Positions 38,371 through 45,516 of a DNA stretch of 45,516 nt are shown here, one piece after another (position 1 is the first letter of the stretch; every line of letters starts with the position of its first letter). This DNA is from Acidobacteriota bacterium (GTDB lineage Bacteria > Acidobacteriota > Thermoanaerobaculia > Thermoanaerobaculales > Sulfomarinibacteraceae): contig JASJGQ010000315.1 of assembly GCA_033791425.1 (NCBI GenBank), positions 1 to 45,516 on the forward strand, given 5' to 3'. The position numbers and the translations under genes were made by a program. Under the pieces are notes generated by a model that was given only the letters and a program-made list of their open reading frames with translations, did not search any database and was not told where the DNA came from.

Positions 38371-39149
38371 GTGCCGAGCGTGGTCGTGAGCTCGGTCCGC
38401 GGCACGACCATGTCGAGCATGCCGTGCTCGAGGAGAAATTCGGACCGCTGGAAGCCGTCAGGAAGGGTCTGACGGATGGTCTGTTCAATCACCCGCGGTC
38501 CAGCAAAACCGATGAGGGCCCCCGGCTCGGCGATGTTGAGGTCACCGAGCATGGCGTAGCTCGCCGTCACCCCGCCCGTCGTCGGGTCGGTGAGCACCGA
38601 AATGAATGGGAGTGAACGCGCCCGCATCCTCGCGAGCCCTGCCGAAACCTTCCCGAGTTGCATCAGCGAGAGGATGCCCTCCTGCATTCGAGCGCCACCC
38701 GAGCACGAAACGATGATCAACTGCAGCTTGCGGTCGACACAGCGCATGACGGCGCGCGAGAGCTTTTCACCAACCGCAGAACCCATGGACCCGCCCATGA
38801 ATCCGTACTCCATGGCCGCAACCACAGTCGGGATCTTCGAGATCTCGCCCTGTGCGACCACCACCGCGTCCGAGCCATTGTACTTCTTGTTGTAGACCTT
38901 GAGGCGCTCCGAATAGGGTTTGGAATCGACGAAGTTCAGCGGATCCGTCGAACGAATCTTGCCAAAGAGCTTCTTATACCGGCCATTGTCAAAAAGCATC
39001 TGAAGACGGAGTTCAGCCGAGATCCTGAAGTGATAGCCACATCGTGGGCACACGTGACAGTTATCCGAAACCTCGCGGTGATAGAGGATCTCTCCACACC
39101 CCAGACACTTGATCCACAGGCCCTTCGATCCGTGTTTGTCGGTGGCCAT
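38349..39149 (-). CDS. accD: Acetyl-CoA carboxylase carboxyltransferase beta subunit
   Basis: LWIKC zinc finger, FMGGSMGS, SGGARMQEG, PTTGGVTAS and GFAGPRVIEQT. Confidence 0.97.
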   Translation of the reverse strand: MATDKHGSKGLWIKCLGCGEILYHREVSDNCHVCPRCGYHFRISAELRLQMLFDNGRYKKLFGKIRSTDPLNFVDSKPYSERLKVYNKKYNGSDAVVVAQGEISKIPTVVAAMEYGFMGGSMGSAVGEKLSRAVMRCVDRKLQLIIVSCSGGARMQEGILSLMQLGKVSAGLARMRARSLPFISVLTDPTTGGVTASYAMLGDLNIAEPGALIGFAGPRVIEQTIRQTLPDGFQRSEFLLEHGMLDMVVPRTELTTTLGTCLSLLR

Positions 39150-39283
39150 TGATTGCTCCGTCTCTTCTCCGGCTCGTGGCGTCACCCAGATGGTTTCAGT
39201 CGCGGGCGGATTTCCTTCGCCTCACCCGTTTCCGGGAAGACCCTTCGTCTGGTCCATCTCCGTTCGGCTCGGTGGCTCCGGTG

Positions 39284-39514
39284 TCACCTTCCCGAGTCCT
39301 CGCCCTCGAGGTCGTTGGGAATGCCGAGCCTTTGACAGGCCGCATCATACATTTGCCGGGCGGCCTTTTGCGCCACCTGGAGGTTGGCGATTTTTTCCTT
39401 GACGCGGCCCAGCTCTTCCTGGATTTGGCCCTCGAACTCCTGAATCTCCTGCTTGGTCTGCTGGAGCGCTTCCTCGTAGAACTTCTTCTGTGAATCCGTA
39501 AGGTCTGGCATCAT
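39284..39514 (-). CDS. Small coiled-coil hypothetical protein
   Basis: GGAGGGG RBS, coding-like codon use, and heptad-rich FYEEALQQTKQEIQEFEGQIQEELGRVKEKIANLQ. Confidence 0.75.
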   Translation of the reverse strand: MMPDLTDSQKKFYEEALQQTKQEIQEFEGQIQEELGRVKEKIANLQVAQKAARQMYDAACQRLGIPNDLEGEDSGR

Positions 39515-39531
39515 CCCCTCCACGAGCGTGA

Positions 39532-42510
39532 CTACTGCATATTAAAGGGTACTCGAATCGTCACCCACATCCGCACTTTGACGCCGAGTTTGGTCGCAGG
39601 CCGATAGCGCCACGTCTTGACAGCAGCCTCGGTGGCCTCTTCAAACCCGAACCCTAAGGGGTCGACACTGATGATTCGGGTGTCCTCGACGATGCCGTTG
39701 GTGCCAACCAGGGCCTCAATCTCCACCAGCCCCTTCTGTTTCATTCTCTGCGCTTTGAGCGGATAGGCAGGCGGATCCTGCTGGAGCGCATACGGCGGCA
39801 CGACATTCGGACCGGGCGACACGATATCACCCTCACGCACCGCGGGGGTCGGTGTCGGCGGAATCGGGGTTGACGACGGAACCGGCGTCGCCGTTGGCGG
39901 CACTCTGGTTGAGGTTGCGGTTGCAGTCGGCGTCGCCGTCTCGGTCGGCGTTGGTGTCGGCGGGATTGGCGTCGGGGTCGGAAACTCCTCTTCGAGGCGT
40001 TTCCGCAGGGCTTCCTCCTGCTTGATGATCTCGGCTGCGGCGACCGACCGCGCCTGCTCGATGAGCTCCTCCTCCGACATCAACGCGGGCTCGGGCTCGG
40101 GTGTCGGCGTGTCGGTCGCGACCGGTGCAACTGGCAGGGTCGGCGCCGTCGAAGGCTCCGCGACCCCATCGCCCCCGCGACCGAAGAACCACCACCAACC
40201 TGCCACACCCAACACCACCGCCAGGAGGCCGAGGAGCCACCATGTGAGACGGCCCTTTGCGTTCCCACCCCTGGTGAACGAACCCGTTCCCTCACGGAAC
40301 TCATCGAGGAGCGGCGTCGGCATGCCATCGTTCTCGACATTTAAGTCGCTCTCGACACTCAACACGCGCTCGAGTTCATCATCGTGCTCCGGCATCGCGG
40401 GCGGCTCGGCACGTCGCGGGTCCGGAGGAGGCGGCGTCTCGTGAGGCGTTTCGTGGACTGGCGCCGGCGGTATTGTTGGAGGTTTGGCACCACCTCGGTC
40501 GGCCACAATTGGCGGCGCAGGAGGCCCGCCCGCAAGCTCTGACAGAAATGCGGCGATCGCAGCACGATCGGGTGAGGCATTCTGCTCGCGCAGTACGCGC
40601 TCGACATCAGTGTGCAGCTCGTGGGCCGACTGGTACCGCTCTTCACGATCGGCGTGCAGCGCTTTGAATACGATGCGGTCGATTTCCGCGTCGATCACAA
40701 CGTTGTGGGACGACGGCGCCGCGATGACCGGATCGCGCACCTGTTCCAGAACCGACAACTCGGAATCCCCCGCAAAGACCTTTTGTGTGGTCAGCATCTC
40801 GTAGAGAACGAGACCGAGCGAGAAGATGTCGGAACGGTGGTCGATGTTCTTGCCCCAGGCCTGCTCGGGGGACATGTACTGCAACTTGCCCTTGAGGGCG
40901 CCGGCCCGGGTCTGGGAGGCCTTGGAGGCCGCTTTGGCAATGCCGAAGTCACACAGCTTGACGTCACCGTCGTGGGAAATCAGAACATTTTGTGGTGAGA
41001 CGTCCCGGTGCACCAGCCCGAGATCACGGTTTTCAAAATCCCTCTTCTTGTGAGCGTAATCGAGGGCCGATGCCAGCAGCATCGTGACGTAAAGCGCGAG
41101 CGGAACTGGCATGCGGCGGCCGGTCTCGCGACAGTCCCCGAGAATCGAGCGGAGGTCGTGACCCTCGATGAACTCCATCGCTATATAGTGCGAGCGATCA
41201 ACCTTGCCGAGGTCGTAGATGTGGATGATGTTGTTGTGGTTGAGCTGCGCCGCCAGCTTTGCCTCGTCAATGAACATCCGCACGAACTCTTCGCTGTCCG
41301 TGAGATTGGACAGGATGCGCTTGATTGCCACGGTCTTCTGGAATCCCTCCATACCGACCATTCGCGCCTTATACAACTCCGCCATGCCACCGGTGGCAAT
41401 GTGCTCCTCGATGACATACTGGCCGAACTGGGTGCCCTTGACGGCCCTCGTGGGCGTCTTTGCCGGCGCCGGTGGAGGATCCGTACCGGGTGCCGTCCGA
41501 GCGGGCTTCGATGCCGGGGGGGCGGCACTTGCAGGCGCTGCAGAATCCAGCGGTTTTTCCGACGCAGCAGGTTTGACCCGCGCCGACGGCGGCGCTGCAA
41601 CAACCGGGGGCGGTTTTGGACTCTCTGCTCGTACCGGGGGGGCCTGTTGCTGCTTGGGTGGGGCAGGTGCATTCTCTTGCGGTTCGGGGCGTTGCGGGGC
41701 TGCCGGCGATTGGGGCGGCGTTTCAGCCACGTCGGTTCGCGGAGACCGCGATGTGCTGTGCTGGATGTCGAGACCGGCCAGGGTTTCCGACAGCATCTTC
41801 TCGGCGGCTTCTTCGGCTGCCCGCTTGACCTCCGCCGACGACTGCGGTTTGGATTCCTCGAGCATCGAAGAAAATGCGTCATCGACCCTGTTCGATTCAG
41901 AAGCGCCCTTTGCCGGAGCCCGGGGCGGGGCCGGGGTCGGGGTCTGGGCCGCTTCGGGCGGAGACGCGGCGACCTCGGGAACGGCAATCGGTTGCTGTTC
42001 TCCGCCCTCGACGTCCGACAGAATGTCGCCAAAGAGGTCGTCCGAGGTCACTGGACGGCCGTCTCCATCAAGACCCGCGCTTTTGCGCAGGGCTTCCAAC
42101 ATCTCCTGGGGGATGGCCTGGGTGGCCGCCGGATTCGGGGCCGACAGGACGAGTTCCTCGACACGGGCGCGGAGATCATCGCGCCCAAACGGCCGTTGCA
42201 AGACATCCTGGGCGCCGTAACGTTGGGCGTCCTGTTTCGGGTCATCGCCCTGGTATCCGGACATGAGAATCAGAAACGGCGTGATCCGCAGACCCGCCCG
42301 GGCGCGCAGTTGGGTGATGGCATCCTCGACTCTGAGGTTGGGCAGAACCGATGTGATGATGACTATCGTGGGCTCGAAATGGGCGCAGCGGTTGACGGCA
42401 TCATCCATGTTCCCCGCGATTTCAAGCAGGAAATCACCATCCGAGAGCGCCGCTTGCACGTGCTCCAGATATCGCGGTTCGTATTCGATCACCAGGATGT
42501 TCGCACTCAT
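39532..42510 (-). CDS. Fusion of pseudo-receiver, Pro-rich linker, Ser/Thr protein kinase, TM helix and TonB C-terminal domain
   Basis: Kinase motifs GGMAELY, VAIKR, HRDVSPQN, DFG and YMSPEQ; TM WWLLGLLAVVLGVAGWWWFF; TonB-C PAYPLKAQRMKQKGLVEIEALVGTNG...AVKTWRYRPA. Confidence 0.9.
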   Translation of the reverse strand: MSANILVIEYEPRYLEHVQAALSDGDFLLEIAGNMDDAVNRCAHFEPTIVIITSVLPNLRVEDAITQLRARAGLRITPFLILMSGYQGDDPKQDAQRYGAQDVLQRPFGRDDLRARVEELVLSAPNPAATQAIPQEMLEALRKSAGLDGDGRPVTSDDLFGDILSDVEGGEQQPIAVPEVAASPPEAAQTPTPAPPRAPAKGASESNRVDDAFSSMLEESKPQSSAEVKRAAEEAAEKMLSETLAGLDIQHSTSRSPRTDVAETPPQSPAAPQRPEPQENAPAPPKQQQAPPVRAESPKPPPVVAAPPSARVKPAASEKPLDSAAPASAAPPASKPARTAPGTDPPPAPAKTPTRAVKGTQFGQYVIEEHIATGGMAELYKARMVGMEGFQKTVAIKRILSNLTDSEEFVRMFIDEAKLAAQLNHNNIIHIYDLGKVDRSHYIAMEFIEGHDLRSILGDCRETGRRMPVPLALYVTMLLASALDYAHKKRDFENRDLGLVHRDVSPQNVLISHDGDVKLCDFGIAKAASKASQTRAGALKGKLQYMSPEQAWGKNIDHRSDIFSLGLVLYEMLTTQKVFAGDSELSVLEQVRDPVIAAPSSHNVVIDAEIDRIVFKALHADREERYQSAHELHTDVERVLREQNASPDRAAIAAFLSELAGGPPAPPIVADRGGAKPPTIPPAPVHETPHETPPPPDPRRAEPPAMPEHDDELERVLSVESDLNVENDGMPTPLLDEFREGTGSFTRGGNAKGRLTWWLLGLLAVVLGVAGWWWFFGRGGDGVAEPSTAPTLPVAPVATDTPTPEPEPALMSEEELIEQARSVAAAEIIKQEEALRKRLEEEFPTPTPIPPTPTPTETATPTATATSTRVPPTATPVPSSTPIPPTPTPAVREGDIVSPGPNVVPPYALQQDPPAYPLKAQRMKQKGLVEIEALVGTNGIVEDTRIISVDPLGFGFEEATEAAVKTWRYRPATKLGVKVRMWVTIRVPFNMQ

Positions 42511-42732
42511 GAAACCGCCCTCGCGAGCTCCTCGAGGCTCTAGGAGTCCAAACCTCATTATCTGTGAAGGGATTGCAAAGTCAACCGAGTCTGGTGCTGC
42601 GTAGCAATGTCGATCACCGGCAACCCGGGAGGGCGCCGCTCACCTCGAGTGGTCGATCGGTGACCAGGCGCTATAATGCGACCCGCCCGTTCCGCACATC
42701 GTGAGGTTGGGGTCAAGCTCAGAGGAGGCGTC

Positions 42733-43482
42733 ATGTCGGGCCATAACAAGTGGAGCACAATCAAACACAAGAAGGGCCGAGCTGATGCCAAGAGGGGCAA
42801 GCTCTTCACGAAGATCATCCGGGAGATCACGGTGGCGGGACGAGAAAGCGGGGGCGACCCCGGCGCGAACCCGAGATTGCGCGCAGCCATCTCGGATGCC
42901 AAAGCCGCGAATATGCCGGCCGACAACATCAAGCGCGCCATCGACCGCGGCACCGGCGATCTCGACGGCATCGTGTACGAAGAGATGAGCTTTGAAGGCT
43001 ACGGTCCGGGTGGGGTCGCGGTCATGCTCGAGCTTCTCACCGATAACCGGAACCGCACCACCCCGGAGATCCGACACCTTTTTTCGAGGTTCGGGGGGAA
43101 CCTGGGTGAAAACGGATGTGTCGCGTGGTTGTTTACCCGCACCGGGCTGATCCTGGTGCCGCGTGCTGCGGACCTCGACGAGGACACCGTGATGGAGCGC
43201 GCGCTGGAAGCCGGCGCCACCGACCTCGATTCGGACGATGGTGACTACTTCCGGATCTATACCAGTCCCGAAGAGCTGCACCAGGTCAAAGAGCAGCTCG
43301 AGGCCGGAGGTCTTGAAGTCGAGGCGGCTCAGTTCGAAATGGAGCCTTCATCCACGACCCCTCTCGACGGCAAGCAGGCGGAACAGATGATCCGATTGAT
43401 GGACGCCTTCGACGATCACGACGACGTACAGCACGTGTGGGCGAATTTCGATATCGACGACGACCTTCTGAACGCCGAGTGA
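42733..43482 (+). CDS. yebC: YebC/PmpR family protein
   Basis: MSGHNKWSTIKHKK, NPRLR, EGYGPGG, TDNRNRT and DHDDVQHVWAN. Confidence 0.96.
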   Translation: MSGHNKWSTIKHKKGRADAKRGKLFTKIIREITVAGRESGGDPGANPRLRAAISDAKAANMPADNIKRAIDRGTGDLDGIVYEEMSFEGYGPGGVAVMLELLTDNRNRTTPEIRHLFSRFGGNLGENGCVAWLFTRTGLILVPRAADLDEDTVMERALEAGATDLDSDDGDYFRIYTSPEELHQVKEQLEAGGLEVEAAQFEMEPSSTTPLDGKQAEQMIRLMDAFDDHDDVQHVWANFDIDDDLLNAE

Positions 43483-43502
43483 GGAGAGAGGAGCAGCGGC
43501 CC

Positions 43503-43988
43503 GTGGGCGTCCGTGTATTGGGCATCGACCCGGGCTCCAGCGCCACAGGCTGGGCGCTTGTGATAGCCGAAGGAAATCGATACCACCTCGAGGCATCTGG
43601 CGTCCTGAGGCCACGAGGCAGTGATCGTGAGCGCCGGTTGGCCGACCTCTATCGTTCATTGAAAGAGGTGGTCGCCACCTGCACCCCGGATTGCGCCGTT
43701 GTCGAATCGTCTTTTTCGGGACGCAACCCGAAGTCCGGGCTCGCGTTGGCCGAGTGTCGGGGCGTCATCCTCGCGGTCCTCGGTTGCAACGATTTTGCGA
43801 TCACCTCATACACTCCAGCAGAAATCAAATCGGCCATCGTCGGCAACGGGCGGGCCGAGAAACAACAGATTGTCTTTATGGTCGTCAGGCTCTTGAAACT
43901 GATCGATTCGCCCCCCACGGACGCCGCCGATGCGATGGCTGCAGCCCTCACGCACATCCACCTTGGACGCTGGGGAGCATCCCGTTGA
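43503..43988 (+). CDS. ruvC: Holliday junction resolvase RuvC
   Basis: LGIDPGS, VVESSF, YTPAEIKSAIVGNGRAEKQQI and DAADAMA. Confidence 0.93.
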   Translation: MGVRVLGIDPGSSATGWALVIAEGNRYHLEASGVLRPRGSDRERRLADLYRSLKEVVATCTPDCAVVESSFSGRNPKSGLALAECRGVILAVLGCNDFAITSYTPAEIKSAIVGNGRAEKQQIVFMVVRLLKLIDSPPTDAADAMAAALTHIHLGRWGASR

Positions 43989-44013
43989 CGACCCCAAGAC
44001 CCCGTGCTACGAT
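43985..44013 (+). promoter_or_regulatory. sigma70-type promoter upstream of exbB
   Basis: TTGACG-17 nt-TACGAT with an extended -10 TGn. Confidence 0.55.
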
Positions 44014-44166
44014 GCCCTGCCTTAGTTCTCAAATGAGGCAACAACGGAGTATCGATCTCACGATTTGCAGATCAGATTCGAGAGTCGATGGTTATAATGC
44101 AGGAAAACCTGGATGAGGCTGGAACTCATCCCGGCTCGTGAACTCTAACCAGGAGGAGGCTAAGCC

Positions 44167-44823
44167 GTGACTGGACAGGTAGCAGAATATTTTCGCCAGG
44201 GTGGGATCTTCATGTACCCGCTGCTCTTTTTCTCGGTGCTCGCTGCCACCGTTGCGATTGAGCGTTTCATTGTCTTCAGCAAGGCCAAGATCAATGTCAA
44301 CGAGTTCCTGACCAAGATCCGCAAGGCTCTTTTGGTCAACCGGAACGTCAAAGAGGCAATCAAGGTCTGTGAGCAGAACAAGAGCCCGGTGGCTTCGGTC
44401 ATGAAGGCCGGTCTGCTCCGCTACGGTCACTCCCGTGAGGACATCGAAAAGACCATTGAAAACGCCGCTCTGTACGAGCTCGACCGCCTCGAGAAGCGGT
44501 TGGGCGTGCTCGGCACCACCGCCAACGTGGCACCCATGCTCGGCTTCCTCGGTACCGTAGCCGGCATGATCAAGTCCTTCGCGACTCTCGCTGAGCAGGG
44601 TCTTACCAACCCCGCAGCGGTTGCGGTTGGTATCTCCGAGGCTCTGATCACGACCGCCGCCGGTCTCATCATCGCGATTCCCGCACAGCTGGTCTTCAAC
44701 TGGTACACCACCAAGATCACCCGCTTTGTGCGCGATATCGAGACCGCCTCGAACATGCTCGTCGAGACCTTCACCGAGATGGACAGCCAGCGCTACGCCC
44801 AGGGGGGCGAGGGTCAGGCCTAG
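44167..44823 (+). CDS. MotA/TolQ/ExbB proton channel protein
   Basis: GGIFMYPL, APMLGFLGTVAGMIKSF and GISEALITTAAGL; RBS AGGAGG. Confidence 0.94.
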   Translation: MTGQVAEYFRQGGIFMYPLLFFSVLAATVAIERFIVFSKAKINVNEFLTKIRKALLVNRNVKEAIKVCEQNKSPVASVMKAGLLRYGHSREDIEKTIENAALYELDRLEKRLGVLGTTANVAPMLGFLGTVAGMIKSFATLAEQGLTNPAAVAVGISEALITTAAGLIIAIPAQLVFNWYTTKITRFVRDIETASNMLVETFTEMDSQRYAQGGEGQA

Positions 44824-44837
44824 AAGGGAGTCCGCAG

Positions 44838-45284
44838 ATGGCACTCATCCGCGGTAGGGACAAAAAGGGCGCAGCTCAGATCTTCACGGCATCGATGGCG
44901 GACATCGTGTTCCTGTTGTTGGTCTTCTTCATCCTCACCTACAAGGTCGAGGTGGATCGCACGAAAATGGATCTGCCGGACACCTGGATTCGGATAAAGG
45001 TTCCGGAAAAAGCGGCCGTGATTTCGATCTCCCCGCCCAGCGCCAATCCACCATTGACCATTCGTGTTTCCACCGGTGAGGAAATGTCGTTGCCGGTGAG
45101 CACTGACGAGGAAATCGTGACCTTTGCCTCGACTGAAGTTGCGCAGAACCCCAACAAGGAGTTCATCGTCAAAGCTGACGAAAGCGTGCCATACGAGAGG
45201 GTGGACGCCGTGTTGGACGCGCTCAAACAATCAAAGGTGAAGTACATCTTTCTCCTGTCAGAACAAAAGACAGTGAGAGAGTAG
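44838..45284 (+). CDS. ExbD/TolR family protein
   Basis: SMADIVFLLLVFF TM helix with the conserved Asp; IVKADESVPYERVDAVLDALK. Confidence 0.92.
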   Translation: MALIRGRDKKGAAQIFTASMADIVFLLLVFFILTYKVEVDRTKMDLPDTWIRIKVPEKAAVISISPPSANPPLTIRVSTGEEMSLPVSTDEEIVTFASTEVAQNPNKEFIVKADESVPYERVDAVLDALKQSKVKYIFLLSEQKTVRE

Positions 45285-45296
45285 GCGGGGGAGATC

Positions 45297-45516
45297 ATGA
45301 AGATCAAAAAGAAAGAAGTTCCGTCCGAGATCTTCACCGGGTCGATGGCCGACATCTCGTTCCTGTTGATCATCTATTTCATGATCACCTCGGCGTTTTC
45401 GGCGACTCGTGGTCTCGACTTCGCGCTGCCGGAAGAAACCGATACTCCGGAGATCAAGCAGGAAGACTCCATCGAGGTCCACGTCATGTCCGGCGGGAAC
45501 ATCGAAGTCGACAAAA
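45297..45516 (+). CDS. Second ExbD/TolR family protein, 3'-truncated by the window end
   Basis: Translates as MKIKKKEVPSEIFTGSMADISFLLIIYFMITSAFSATRGLDFALP...; absent from the ORF track because it has no stop codon. Confidence 0.9.
   Translation, partial: MKIKKKEVPSEIFTGSMADISFLLIIYFMITSAFSATRGLDFALPEETDTPEIKQEDSIEVHVMSGGNIEVDK

Noticed and set aside
39840-39985. Repetitive GTCGGCG/GTCGGT-rich DNA
   Set aside because: It encodes the Pro/Thr stalk of the kinase-TonB protein and is not an independent repeat element.
43503-43988. RuvC as a possible transposon or Cas nuclease; ruvAB missing
   Set aside because: Canonical short RuvC in the usual yebC-ruvC context; separation from ruvAB is common.

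Overview
GC-rich bacterial chromosomal segment, mostly housekeeping. Gene style suggests Acidobacteriota, possibly Thermoanaerobaculia, but this is inference only. Order: uppS-cdsA-dxr-rseP-PASTA-rpe-bamD-LysM; tadA, two tRNA-Ser genes and SRP RNA; a GT-B protein, a tandem TonB-C-like protein and selB; CYTH and a nucleotidyltransferase; comEA and a pseudopilin behind a sigma54-type promoter; ubiX-ubiA-dNK-serS; an HDIG protein and glnA. Next is an ~11.5 kb co-directional accessory module (21103-32553) like those of sulfate-reducing Desulfobacterota. It encodes a cytidylate-kinase-like/BON/CBS fusion, a DASS transporter, beta-carbonic anhydrase, a histidine kinase, three stand-alone receivers, a TauE/SafE transporter with a membrane partner, and a PEP-synthase-like enzyme lacking the pyruvate domain. 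A Rex/CRP-like palindrome lies upstream of it. The window continues with a PHP protein, a minus-strand run (pseudo-receiver/Ser-Thr kinase/TonB fusion, small coiled-coil protein, accD, folC, dgt, rpiB, glyA), then yebC-ruvC and exbB-exbD-exbD (cut by the window end). The best candidates for uncharacterised systems are the transporter/phosphorelay/dikinase-like module and the kinase-TonB fusion. No CRISPR array, integrase or transposase was seen. All calls are by eye from motifs; no searches were run.
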